Source: Candidatus Micrarchaeota archaeon
GTDB taxonomy: Archaea; Micrarchaeota; Micrarchaeia; Norongarragalinales; Norongarragalinaceae
Reading direction: 5' to 3'
Length of the DNA stretch: 40,579 nt
Assembly (NCBI GenBank): GCA_016207165.1
Contig: JACQQD010000006.1
Coordinates: forward strand, 1 to 40,579
The translations under genes were made by a program, and so were the position numbers. Of the stretch, positions 8,694-18,126 are shown piece after piece (the stretch's first letter is position 1; every line of letters starts with the position of its first letter). Below the pieces are notes generated by a model. The model did no database searches and was not told the DNA's origin. It saw only the letters and a list, made by a program, of their open reading frames with translations.

Positions 8694-9128
8694 GTGTTGT
8701 CGAAGTTCTCCATTTACAAGCCGAACAAAGCCGGTCGGGGGTCGGCGGTTCAATTCGATTTCAACCCGGACAAGCCGTGCGTCTTTTTGGAGGGCGCGCC
8801 GCAGTCTGGGGAAAAGCAGTTTGACTGGGGCCAAAAAGTCGTCGTCAAGCTCTCCATCATGGAGTTGGCGAAGTTGTTGACCGTTCTGGAGGGTCCGGCC
8901 AAGACCGTCAAATTGTTCCACGACTCCACGAAGAGTCCGACGGCGGAGGGCTCGACCTTGAAGAACACGGTGGTGGAAGTCACCAAAGGCGACTTCGGCT
9001 TTTTCCTCAAGGCGTCCGCGCAAAGCGCCACCGGAGTCAAAAGCGTGGCCATTGGCGTTGGAGACGAGGAAGCCAAGGCGTTAAGCGTTCTGTTCCGCCG
9101 CGCCATTGCCCGCGTCTACGGCTGGTAA
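8694..9128 (+). CDS. Whirly-like ssDNA-binding protein
   Basis: FSIYK, FDWGQKVVVKLSIMEL, LFHD, GFFLKAS and terminal VYGW match plant Whirly motifs in order; AGGTGA RBS at 8681. Confidence 0.72.
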   Translation: MLSKFSIYKPNKAGRGSAVQFDFNPDKPCVFLEGAPQSGEKQFDWGQKVVVKLSIMELAKLLTVLEGPAKTVKLFHDSTKSPTAEGSTLKNTVVEVTKGDFGFFLKASAQSATGVKSVAIGVGDEEAKALSVLFRRAIARVYGW

Positions 9129-9132
9129 ACTT

Positions 9133-10587
9133 CTACTTGCCGGCGGCCGTGGCTTCGGAGTGGCTTTCCGCGTCGCGGAAGCCTCCTTCCGCGCGGAAGA
9201 ACATGAACGCGGCCAGCACCAACAAGACGATGGCCGCCAGGATGAGGCCGTCCGCCAGCGACCCGGTGAACAAGCCGGTGGCGATTCCGCTTTGTCCAAT
9301 GGCTGGAGCGTTGTGCGTGGCCACGGGTTGGCCGTCAACCAACACCGTGAGGACGGGGTTGGCCGCGTCGGCGGTGGTGCGCGTGACGGTCACCTTGATT
9401 TCAGCTTGGCCGTGGGGTGGCGCCGTTACGGTGGTGGAGACGTACGTCCATCCCTCTGGAAGGTTGGAGACCTGGACGGTGACGTTGCGAATGGGCGTGT
9501 CCTGGTTGTTTTGCACCAGGACGGTCCACGCCAATCCATCGGTTGACGTTTCAGTGATTTGCGTGACGATGGTGGATTGGCAGGAAGAAACATCGGCGAT
9601 GACCCAGGCGGTGCCTTCGCTGAATTGGCTTTTCGCGTTGACAGCCACCACGTTCTCGTTTAAGCGCAACGACGACGGGTCCAGCACCAAATTCAGGGTG
9701 CGCTCTTCGCCTGGCGCTAATGTCGCGGAGGCCGGGGACAAGGCGTCGCCGGTGATCTGGAAGGTTTGCACGCGGGTGCCGGTGTTGCGCACTTGAACGG
9801 GAAGCGCGCTTAATTCGCATTGGCGGACCGACGCGCGTTCCGGCACGCGGAGAACGGCGGCGTCATCGTGCTGTGCTTGGATGCAGGCTTGGGCTTGGCC
9901 CAGGACGATGCCTTGGCGAAGCACTTGGATGGTCACGTAGTGCGTACCCGCGGAGAGGGCCTGGATGTAGGCGACGGTGGCGGCCAACTCGTTTTGTTGC
10001 AGGGTCGTGGTGCCGTCTTCAAGAACGGTGCGCGTCGCCGTCTCGTCCTCGACGGCGTGCAAGTCCACGGTGACGGCGGCTCCGGTGTTGTGGATGCGGA
10101 TGCGCTTGGCAAACGTTTGGCCCACGGTGACGGGGGTGCAGGATTCGCCGGCATCCACTTGCATGGCGTAATGCGTGGCGTCAAACTCGTGGGAGAAGTA
10201 AAGCGATTGCGGCCTTTCCAATGCCGCGTCAAGGGGTTGGACGTGAATGTATTTTTCGCAGTTTTTTCGCGGTTCGTGGGTTAGTTGCAGGGTTTTAGTC
10301 TGTGTATTGGTTCCATTGGAGGCCTTGATTCGGATGGTTTCCGTGCCCACCAGGCAGTCGGGGGCCAAAAGTTTGATGAGGGCGTGGTCGCCGTATTGCG
10401 TGACTTGGGCGTTGGTGTACTCTGATTCTACGGAGAACGCGGCGTTTTCCGAGGAGTAGGCGTAGACTTGCGCGACGGTGCCCTGCGTGTGCACGGCGTC
10501 GTACGAGACGTCCATCGAAAAGCCTTGCACGCCCACGATGCTCAGCAGCAAGAGGGCGCCGGCGATTGGAAAGGAAAACTTACCCAT
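9133..10587 (-). CDS. Secreted, C-terminally anchored surface protein with Ig-like/CARDB-like domains
   Basis: Signal peptide, VQVRNTG / IHNTG / LPEGW beta-sandwich motifs, Thr-rich, C-terminal ATGLFTG plus TM helix. Confidence 0.78.
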   Translation of the reverse strand: MGKFSFPIAGALLLLSIVGVQGFSMDVSYDAVHTQGTVAQVYAYSSENAAFSVESEYTNAQVTQYGDHALIKLLAPDCLVGTETIRIKASNGTNTQTKTLQLTHEPRKNCEKYIHVQPLDAALERPQSLYFSHEFDATHYAMQVDAGESCTPVTVGQTFAKRIRIHNTGAAVTVDLHAVEDETATRTVLEDGTTTLQQNELAATVAYIQALSAGTHYVTIQVLRQGIVLGQAQACIQAQHDDAAVLRVPERASVRQCELSALPVQVRNTGTRVQTFQITGDALSPASATLAPGEERTLNLVLDPSSLRLNENVVAVNAKSQFSEGTAWVIADVSSCQSTIVTQITETSTDGLAWTVLVQNNQDTPIRNVTVQVSNLPEGWTYVSTTVTAPPHGQAEIKVTVTRTTADAANPVLTVLVDGQPVATHNAPAIGQSGIATGLFTGSLADGLILAAIVLLVLAAFMFFRAEGGFRDAESHSEATAAGK

Positions 10588-10711
10588 GATTCCACCTTGT
10601 TACTATCCATGAGTAAATACATTTATAAAGATTTGGCTCCACGTATTTTTCACTGACGTGTAGAGACATGGAGCGAGGTTTAAATAGGTGACCGACGTGA
10701 ATAGTTCGGAT

Positions 10712-11452
10712 ATGGCCGTTGACCCCCAGATTATCGAGTCGTTGCGCCGTTTGGGTTTGAATCAGTACGAAGCCAAGGCCTATGGGGCGTTGTGTTCGCA
10801 CGGCAGCCAGACGGTGGGAATGCTCAGCGAGCGCGCGGACGTGCCGCGGGCCCGTTCGTACGACGTTTTGATGAGCTTGCAGGAGAAGGGGTTTGTCTCC
10901 ATGCAGCAGGGCCGTCCGGTCCGCTATTCGGCGATGCCTCTGGATGAGGCCGTGGTGACTCTTCGGAAGCAAAAGCAGGCTTCGTTGTTTGATGAACTTC
11001 AGAAAATCGAGGAGATTTCCAAGTCTCTTTCCTCCAAGCTCAAGCCCGTCCAGACGGCTACGCCTCCCTCCGAGGAGCGGGTGTGGACGCTCAAGGGCCG
11101 CGACGCGATTTATTCCCGCATGGGTTCCATGATTGTTTCTTCAAAGAAAGTAGTGCACTTGGCTTCGCATGCCAACGGTTTTGAGCGCAAGTTCAAGGCG
11201 CACCAAAAGGATTTGGTCAAGGCCAAGACCCGGGGCGTCAAGCTCCACTTCTATTCGCCCAGTGTCCCGGGTGACGCCGCGGAATTGGCGGACCAGCACG
11301 TGGACGTGGAGCATCCGTCGCGCATGCTGGTCACGGACAAGGAGGCCCTTCTTTTTTTGACGGCGCCGAAAACCCCGGCGGATGAGGAAGTCGCGTTGTG
11401 GGTCAAGAGCCCGCACGTGGTCGAAACCCTGCAGAACGCGTTGAAGGCATAG
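10712..11452 (+). CDS. TrmB-family transcriptional regulator
   Basis: LRRLGLNQYEAKAY..VPRARSYDVLMSLQEKGFV..GRPVRY; TTTAAATA box upstream favours ATG 10712. Confidence 0.92.
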   Translation: MAVDPQIIESLRRLGLNQYEAKAYGALCSHGSQTVGMLSERADVPRARSYDVLMSLQEKGFVSMQQGRPVRYSAMPLDEAVVTLRKQKQASLFDELQKIEEISKSLSSKLKPVQTATPPSEERVWTLKGRDAIYSRMGSMIVSSKKVVHLASHANGFERKFKAHQKDLVKAKTRGVKLHFYSPSVPGDAAELADQHVDVEHPSRMLVTDKEALLFLTAPKTPADEEVALWVKSPHVVETLQNALKA

Positions 11453-11505
11453 TTCTTTTTTTTAAGCGTTCCGCTGGGGCATACGTAGTTTTGCTTTTTA
11501 GGGTG

Positions 11506-12255
11506 TTACGCCGGCGTGGGTTCGGATTGAATTTCCGGTTTCTTGGATTCCGCGTCGGTTTTTTCTTCGGTTTCCGTTTCGGCTTTCGGGGCTTCCGATG
11601 GCGCGGCGGCCTGGTTTTCTTCGGAAGCGGGTTGTTCGCGGGCCTTCTTTTGGCGCTCCAATTCGATGACTTCCGTTTCGTCGAAGACCTCGTACAGTTC
11701 GGTTTTGTAGACTTCCACGCGTTTGATGGGCGTGATTTTCTTGAGGAGGTTGTGGATCTTGGGGGAGATTTTGTTGTAGAGCACGTCTTGGATGAAGTCG
11801 CCGAAGCGCGCTTCCTGGACGAGTTTTTTCAGTTCGGCTTCCGCCATGTTGCGGAGCACTTTTTTCTTGGGCGTGCTGCAGGGAACCGCGGTGACCACGA
11901 GCATTTTGACGGTGAACTTGACGCCGTCCTTGCTTTCGGTTTCAAGCACGACGCGCAGCAATTCGCGTCGGCGGCGTCCCAGGGTGCTGAGGTATTCGCG
12001 GGAGGCCTCGTGTCCGATGAACTTGGTGTACGCGTTTTGGTTCTTGATGGATTCGACGCGGATGCGAATCGTCGTGTACATGTGCGAGATGTCGTGCGTG
12101 ATTTCCTTGAGTGGCAACGCCAAGATTCGGTTGAGGAGGTGGTCTTCGTCGGAGGCCACGATTTGGGCGACTTGGACTTCGCCGAGGAATTTGGGGGAAA
12201 TGATGTTGTACCAGGATTTCTGTTTCCAGGTGTCCATCACTTTTTTCTGAGCCAA
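11506..12255 (-). CDS. rps3ae: 30S ribosomal protein S3Ae (eS1) with acidic tail
   Basis: DTWKQKSWYNIISP, TKFIGHE..REY, KKITPIKRVEVYK; TTG start with GGTGA RBS. Confidence 0.95.
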   Translation of the reverse strand: MAQKKVMDTWKQKSWYNIISPKFLGEVQVAQIVASDEDHLLNRILALPLKEITHDISHMYTTIRIRVESIKNQNAYTKFIGHEASREYLSTLGRRRRELLRVVLETESKDGVKFTVKMLVVTAVPCSTPKKKVLRNMAEAELKKLVQEARFGDFIQDVLYNKISPKIHNLLKKITPIKRVEVYKTELYEVFDETEVIELERQKKAREQPASEENQAAAPSEAPKAETETEEKTDAESKKPEIQSEPTPA

Positions 12256-12256
12256 C

Positions 12257-12700
12257 TCATTTCACCAGCAGGGCGGCTTCGTCGGGGTCGTACTTCCAGT
12301 CGGCGGGAAGTTGGTGGCCGCGGTAGTACTTGACGAGCCGCTTGATTTTGGATTCCACGTGCACGTGCTTGATTTTGTTGGCCTTGTCTCTGGGGTTCTT
12401 TTTGAGGTGTTCTTTGAGGCCAACGGCTTTTTGGATGAGGGCCATGAGGTCGTCGGGGTACTTGGATTCCCAGTGGTTTTCCTTGAGCACGTCGCCAAGG
12501 GATTTTTCGTATAAGACGGAGGCGGTGGGCACGCCGTACTCGTCGCGCAGGATGCGGCCGATTTCGGCTTTTTTCTTGCCTTCCTTGACCAGCCGCTCAA
12601 TGACGTTGAGGATTTCGTTTTTGTCGGCGGTCATCCACGCGTAGCTGCCTGGCGTTTTGGGCTTGTGCGACTTGGCGCGGCCTTTTTTTCGCGTATGCAT
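12257..12700 (-). CDS. rps15: 30S ribosomal protein S15 (S13e type)
   Basis: MHTRKKGRAKS, IGRILRDEYGVP, PDDLMALI, ESKIKRLVKYY. Confidence 0.96.
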   Translation of the reverse strand: MHTRKKGRAKSHKPKTPGSYAWMTADKNEILNVIERLVKEGKKKAEIGRILRDEYGVPTASVLYEKSLGDVLKENHWESKYPDDLMALIQKAVGLKEHLKKNPRDKANKIKHVHVESKIKRLVKYYRGHQLPADWKYDPDEAALLVK

Positions 12701-12799
12701 TCTAGCCAGTTGGTATCACTTCGCTTCGTGGACGAGTTTAGTGTTTGAATCGTCCAAAAAGAGCGTATTTTTGATATCGGGAGCCCTTTATAAGTGTTT

Positions 12800-15196
12800 T
12801 CAGGTGCGGGGCGCCGTGCAGGTGACTTCCAGGGCGTCTTTTTTTTCCGCGTTTTGAACGACGTCAAATTCCAGGGCCCGGATTTTGGCGATGGCTTTCA
12901 AGTCGTCTTGCACGTCGGCCATTTGCTTGCATAGCGTTTCGGAGGCTTTGATGGTGGCGGAGGGCAATTCCACGTTGAGTGCCATGGCGTTTTGGGCCTT
13001 GAATTTGCGGATTTGCGAGAGCGCTTCGTGCAAGGCGTTGGCGACGGATTCGTATTGCTCGTTGACTAGGTCTTCTTGGAAGCTGGGCCATTTTTGGCTG
13101 TGAATGGAATCGTTGCCGTACAGGTGGTGCCAGAGTTCTTCGGTGACAAATGGAGAGAAGGGGGCCAGCATTTTGAGCGTGGCTTCCAGCACTTCCAACA
13201 GGGTTTCCTGGGCCGCCCGCTTGGATGGGGAGTCGTCGCCGTAGACGCGGTGCTTGACATCCTCTAAGTACAAGTCGCAGACGTCGTGCCAGAAGAAGCT
13301 CTGCAGGGCGGTGAGGGCTTCGTAGTACTGGTAGTTTTTCAGGGAGTTCGTCGTGTCGCGAATGGTTTTTTGGAGGCGGCTTTCAATCCAGTGGTCCGTC
13401 ACGTGTTTTTGGTGAGTGCCTTTCAGATGGCTTCCGGCGGCTTTCTGGATGAATTTCGAGGCGTTCCACACCTTGTTCAAAAAGCTTTGCGCGTGGGTGA
13501 CGTCTTTCCAGTAAAACACGTTGTCTTTGCCGGTGGATCCCGCCAGCGCCGCCCATTGGCGGAGGGCGTCGACTCCGGCCTTGCCGATGACGTCTTTGGC
13601 TTCCACGTAGTTGCCCAGGGACTTGGACATTTTCTTGCCGTCGTCGCCCAGCACCATGCCGTTAATCAGCATGTCGGAAAACGGTGCTTGGCCGGTCAGG
13701 CGGAGGCAGCGGTAGGTGGTGTAAAACGCCCAGGTGCGGATGATGTCCGTTCCTTGGGGCCGCACCGTTACGGGGTACAGTTTTTGGAATCGGTTTTCGT
13801 TGTCCGGCCAGCCGGAAATAATCAGCGGGGTGATGGAGGAGTCCACCCATCCGTCGCAGATGCTCGTCTCGCCGACGGGCTCTTTTCCGCATTGCTTGCA
13901 GTTTCTCGGCGCTTTGTCTTTGGAGGGGTCTACGGGAAGCGTTTTTTCGTCTGGGGTGATGACGTCGCCGCAGTCGGGGCAGTACCAGAATGGAAGGGGG
14001 ATGCCGAAGACGCGTTGGCGGGAGATGCACCAGTCCCATTCCAATCCTTCCACCCAGTCCAAAAGCAGTTGGCGCATGTGTTCGGGAACCCACCGCATTT
14101 GGGCGGAGGCGTGTTTGACGTCGTTTTCGTATCCTTTCAGTTTGATGAACCATTGGGTGGAGGAGAGAAACTCGATGGGTTTTTTACAACGGTCGTGGAT
14201 TTTGACTTGTTGATTGATTTTCTTCTGGCCCAAAAGCAGGCCCGCGGTTTTGAGGTCTTCCAGGATTTTTTCCTTGGCTTGCGTGGCTTTCAGGCCGTCG
14301 TAGGCTCCGGCGTTCTGGAGGCGTCCGGCGTGGTCCATGGCTTTGACGATCGGGAGTTTGTGGCGGTAGGCCCACACGACGTCTTGTTTGTCGCCGAAGG
14401 TGGAAATCATGACGGCTCCAGAGCCGAATTCTTTGTCTACGTCTACGTCTGAAATGATGGGCACTTCCTGGTCGTGGATGGGGACGCGGACTTTTTTTCC
14501 GACGGCGTTCTTGTAGCGCTCGTCGGAGGGGTGGACGGCTACCGCCACGGTCGCGTGCAAGAGTTCAGGCCGCGTGGTGGCAATGGTTAGATTTGGGCCG
14601 TTGACGCCTTCGAACTTTAAGTCATTGAGGAAGCCTTCCTGCGCCAAGTCGTCGACTTCGGCTTTGGCGATGGCGGACCGGCAGTACGTACAGAAAAGCA
14701 CGGGGTGTTCGGCGCGGTAGACGTCGCCTTGGTTGAACATCTTCAACAGCGAGTACTGGACTTTGCGGTGGTAGTCCGGGTCGATGGTGTAGTATTCTTG
14801 GCTCCAGTCGATGGAAAAACCGAGTTGCTTCATTTGGGGTTTCATGGTGCCCACCACGTCGTGGGTCCACTCCAGGCATTTTTTCCGGAATTCTTCTTTG
14901 GATAGGTTTTTTCCGTATTTTTTTTCGACTTTCACTTCGGTGGGAAATCCGTGGCAGTCCCATCCTTGAGGAAAAAGCACTTCAAAGCCCGACATGCGCT
15001 TGAAGCGGGCGGCGAAATCCATGTAACACCAGTTCAGGACGCCTCCCATGTGGAATTCCCCGGTGGGAAACGGCGGCGGGGTGTCGATGACGTAGAAGGG
15101 TTTCTTGCTTTGGATGCGGAACTTGTAGGCGTCGTTTTTCTCCCAGGTTTCGCGCCATTTTTTTTCGATGGTTGCCGCGTCGTATTTGTCCAGCAT
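12800..15196 (-). CDS. valS: Valine--tRNA ligase (archaeal type)
   Basis: DTPPPFPTGEFHMG, GWDCHG, ATTRPE, DWCISRQR, DIIRTWAF, KMSKS. Confidence 0.96.
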   Translation of the reverse strand: MLDKYDAATIEKKWRETWEKNDAYKFRIQSKKPFYVIDTPPPFPTGEFHMGGVLNWCYMDFAARFKRMSGFEVLFPQGWDCHGFPTEVKVEKKYGKNLSKEEFRKKCLEWTHDVVGTMKPQMKQLGFSIDWSQEYYTIDPDYHRKVQYSLLKMFNQGDVYRAEHPVLFCTYCRSAIAKAEVDDLAQEGFLNDLKFEGVNGPNLTIATTRPELLHATVAVAVHPSDERYKNAVGKKVRVPIHDQEVPIISDVDVDKEFGSGAVMISTFGDKQDVVWAYRHKLPIVKAMDHAGRLQNAGAYDGLKATQAKEKILEDLKTAGLLLGQKKINQQVKIHDRCKKPIEFLSSTQWFIKLKGYENDVKHASAQMRWVPEHMRQLLLDWVEGLEWDWCISRQRVFGIPLPFWYCPDCGDVITPDEKTLPVDPSKDKAPRNCKQCGKEPVGETSICDGWVDSSITPLIISGWPDNENRFQKLYPVTVRPQGTDIIRTWAFYTTYRCLRLTGQAPFSDMLINGMVLGDDGKKMSKSLGNYVEAKDVIGKAGVDALRQWAALAGSTGKDNVFYWKDVTHAQSFLNKVWNASKFIQKAAGSHLKGTHQKHVTDHWIESRLQKTIRDTTNSLKNYQYYEALTALQSFFWHDVCDLYLEDVKHRVYGDDSPSKRAAQETLLEVLEATLKMLAPFSPFVTEELWHHLYGNDSIHSQKWPSFQEDLVNEQYESVANALHEALSQIRKFKAQNAMALNVELPSATIKASETLCKQMADVQDDLKAIAKIRALEFDVVQNAEKKDALEVTCTAPRT

Positions 15197-15276
15197 GGTT
15201 TATCCGCCAAGAAATCGTTGGGAACAGTTACTGGAAAAGACGTATTATAAAAAGGGCGGGTTTTCGGCGGGTCGCG

Positions 15277-15342
15277 TCACCGGTTTTTCGCGGGGCGCGG
15301 TTTGGGTTCAGCGTCTTCGATGACGTCCATTTCGTATCCCAT
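15277..15342 (-). CDS. Putative 21-aa microprotein (MGYEMDVIEDAEPKPRPAKNR)
   Basis: Ideal GAGGTGA RBS 6 nt before ATG; fills the gap between the PhoU-type gene and valS; not in the ORF track. Confidence 0.45.
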   Translation of the reverse strand: MGYEMDVIEDAEPKPRPAKNR

Positions 15343-15398
15343 TGTTTTTCACCTCGACGTCCTGATGGCGGGACGCGCTATAGGGTTTTGGGTGTAGA

Positions 15399-16304
15399 CT
15401 ATATAGCGCGGGCGGCGGCCATGTCGATGGTCATTTCCGCGATGTCGGTGGAGTAGTCCAGGATTCGCTGGAGGTTGTAGGTCAGGAAATCGTTTTTGTC
15501 CAGTCCCGTTTTTTCCTGGGCCGCGCGTTGGATGGTCTTTTCCGCCAAGTCGGCGTCCTGTTTGAACAACGCGTCCATGGCTTGGTTGTACGTTTCCAGG
15601 GCGTGGAGCAAGGGTTTTTGGAAGGACTTGTGTTGGGCGGGGGTGAGGTGTTTGGAGAACAGGTAGGCGTGGTCCGCGATTTTTTCCAGGCTTTTCAAGA
15701 CGATGACGAAGTACGGCCCGCATTCGTGGACGCGGGGATCGGTTTGCGGCGTGTGGTGGAGTTGGCGGAAGGCCAAAATGTAGAAGCGGTCGGCTTCTCG
15801 TTCCAGGGACTCCACGTCCACGGTTTTTTTTCGGGTGGGCGCCTCGGCAAGGGTTTCCAGCATGCTTTGGTTTAGGAAATGCAGGCGTTTGAGCGTCGCG
15901 TGAAACGAGACTTCGGTGTGCGTCAGGAGGTTTTGGAACAGGATGCCGTCCTCGGTTTCTTCCACGGCTTCCAGTCCCGCGACTTTTTCCTTGATCAGCT
16001 CCTTGATGGCGTGTCGCCTGGTTTTTGGGGCTTGCACGAAGAATTTGTTGGCGCCGTTGAGATACGCGGCGATGACCCGGCGCAGTTGCGCGTGGGGTTC
16101 TTCGACGGGGATGCGCTCGGTTTCGCGGGGTTTTTGGGTCTGGGCGGATACGGTCAGGGTGTCGCCGTGTTCGCTGATGCGCACGGCGTCGCCTTTGGAC
16201 AGGCGGCCTTCAACCCATTTTTTGGGTAGCGAAACGATGTAGGTGCTGCCGCCGGTTTTCTGGATGCGGCGGTATGCGGACCGGTGCGTGTCGGGATTCT
16301 TCAT
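15399..16304 (-). CDS. phoU: AbrB-PhoU phosphate uptake regulator
   Basis: RRIQKTGGSTYIVSLPKKW AbrB domain; LEKIADHA and LQRILDYSTDIAE PhoU repeats; ATGA overlap with the pit stop sets the start at 16304. Confidence 0.9.
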   Translation of the reverse strand: MKNPDTHRSAYRRIQKTGGSTYIVSLPKKWVEGRLSKGDAVRISEHGDTLTVSAQTQKPRETERIPVEEPHAQLRRVIAAYLNGANKFFVQAPKTRRHAIKELIKEKVAGLEAVEETEDGILFQNLLTHTEVSFHATLKRLHFLNQSMLETLAEAPTRKKTVDVESLEREADRFYILAFRQLHHTPQTDPRVHECGPYFVIVLKSLEKIADHAYLFSKHLTPAQHKSFQKPLLHALETYNQAMDALFKQDADLAEKTIQRAAQEKTGLDKNDFLTYNLQRILDYSTDIAEMTIDMAAARAI

Positions 16305-17311
16305 AGGATGGCTCCAAGCAACGTGTAGGCGGCCCCGGCTACGGCGGCGCTTACGGGGATGGTGACGATCCACGCGGTCACAATGTCGCGACTGAGTCCC
16401 CACTTCACGCTTTTGACGCCGTGGGCGGCGCCGACGCCCATGATGGATCCGGCAATGGCGTGCGTGGTGCTGACTGGCACGCCAAGTCCGGCCATGTTGG
16501 CCAGGACCAGTCCGCCCGCGGTTTCCGCGCAGAAGCCCTGGTAGGGTTTGAGGTGCGTGATTTTGTGGGCCATGGTCTTGACGATTCGCCAGCCTCCGAA
16601 GAAGGTGCCTAAGGATATGGAGACGTGTGCGGCGAGAATGACCCAGAGGGGTACGTCAAACGTGGTTAGGAACCCGCCGGCGACCAAGAGGATGGTGATA
16701 ATGCCCATGGTTTTTTGCGCGTCGTTGGTGCCGTGGGTGACGGAATAGAAAAAGGCGGAGACCAGCTGGAGTTTTCGGAAATGTTTGTTGATTTTTTGCG
16801 CCGGCGTTTTTCGAAGCGTTCGCATGACCAAGAGCGCCAGGATGAATGCGCCTAAAAGTCCCAGGGCGGGCGAGACGATCATGAACAGAAGCACTTTGCC
16901 GATGCCTTCGCCCAAAAGGAAGCGGGGTCCGACGGCAATCCACGCCGCGCCGATGAGTCCGCCGATCAGCGCGTGGGAACTGGACACGGGGATGCCGAAG
17001 TACCATGTGACGACGTCCCACGTGGTGGCGCCGATGAGCGCGGCCAATATCAATAGGACGAAGCTTTCCATGGGAATGACGGCTTGGATGGCTTTCGTGT
17101 CGATGATGCCTTTGCCGATGGTGGCGGCAATGGCTGTTGAGAAAAAAAGAGGGCCCACGAGGTTGCCGACCGCGGCCATGCCCACGGCCTGAAGCGGGGT
17201 CAGCACGCGCGTGGCGATGATGGTTGAGATGGCGTTGGCGGAGTCGTGAAAGCCATTCATGAAGTCGAAAACAAGGGCCGTTGCGATGGTCAGTACGATG
17301 AGTTCAATCAT
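16301..17311 (-). CDS. pitA: PiT-family inorganic phosphate transporter
   Basis: NGFHDSANAIST, PVSSSHALIG, HGTNDAQK, PVSTTH. Confidence 0.96.
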   Translation of the reverse strand: MIELIVLTIATALVFDFMNGFHDSANAISTIIATRVLTPLQAVGMAAVGNLVGPLFFSTAIAATIGKGIIDTKAIQAVIPMESFVLLILAALIGATTWDVVTWYFGIPVSSSHALIGGLIGAAWIAVGPRFLLGEGIGKVLLFMIVSPALGLLGAFILALLVMRTLRKTPAQKINKHFRKLQLVSAFFYSVTHGTNDAQKTMGIITILLVAGGFLTTFDVPLWVILAAHVSISLGTFFGGWRIVKTMAHKITHLKPYQGFCAETAGGLVLANMAGLGVPVSTTHAIAGSIMGVGAAHGVKSVKWGLSRDIVTAWIVTIPVSAAVAGAAYTLLGAIL

Positions 17312-17321
17312 GTGGGCTGGA

Positions 17322-17960
17322 TCACGCGTGTTTCATGACGATGTCGGTTAGGACGTTGGCGGCGCGTTCAACATCGTCGGTGGCGTGTTCCAGAGCGTCC
17401 AGCACCTGTTTTTCTTTGAGCAACTGGATGGCGTCGCTGGTTTTGAACAACTTGGCCAACGTTTGAGTGTACACTTCGTCGGCTTCGTTTTCCAGGCGGT
17501 TTAGTTCCTCGCATCCTTGGGAGGCCATGTGGATGGTCTTCGGGTGTCTGAGCGCTTTGACGGTTTCCTCAAGGAGTTGCGTTTGCTGGTACACGAGGTC
17601 GGACAGCTTGATCATTCCGGGCGTGGCGTTCTGGATTTCGTAAACGGCGAGGTACTTGGCGGCGACGTTGATCCAGTCCAATACGTCGTCCAGCGCCGTG
17701 GCCAAGGCGGAAATGTCGGCGTGGTCCAGGGGGACGATGAATGATTTGTTCAATTCAACGTAAAGCTCGTGCATGAGGTCGTCTCCGGCTTGTTCAATGG
17801 CCTTGATTTCTTGCGCGGTTTTTTTGGGATTCTGGTAGTTGTGCATCAGAGCCTGGAGTTTGGTGGCGGCTTGGTGCGCGATTTGGGTTTGTTTTTCAAG
17901 CTTTTCGAAGAAAACCTGGTCCTGAGGAACGAGCATGTGCTTGAGTCGGGTCAACGCCAT
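17322..17960 (-). CDS. DUF47 / PiT accessory (PhoU-like) protein
   Basis: IEQAGD..L..SFIVPLDHADI..LATALDDVLD; LENEAD; LEHATD; adjacent to pit. Confidence 0.9.
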   Translation of the reverse strand: MALTRLKHMLVPQDQVFFEKLEKQTQIAHQAATKLQALMHNYQNPKKTAQEIKAIEQAGDDLMHELYVELNKSFIVPLDHADISALATALDDVLDWINVAAKYLAVYEIQNATPGMIKLSDLVYQQTQLLEETVKALRHPKTIHMASQGCEELNRLENEADEVYTQTLAKLFKTSDAIQLLKEKQVLDALEHATDDVERAANVLTDIVMKHA

Positions 17961-18126
17961 TTCGTTTCACGTTTGTTTTTGGAAGTTGTTGCGGCCATAT
18001 GGCTCCATATAGCTTATCATTGTTTCTATATATTTGCGTGTTGGGCTTGGACTCGGCGGAATTCGTTTCGCGGTTGGAGAAAAAAAACAGGAATCTTTTT
18101 GTGCGTTCCGTGCCGGTACGGCCGGA

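Noticed and set aside
11398-12333. 311-aa plus-strand ORF
   Set aside because: Antisense shadow of rps3ae
13286-14452. 388-aa plus-strand ORF
   Set aside because: Antisense shadow of valS in GC-rich DNA
16305-16403. N-terminal extension of the PhoU regulator in the ORF track
   Set aside because: Overlaps pit; the ATGA-coupled start at 16304 directly precedes the AbrB domain
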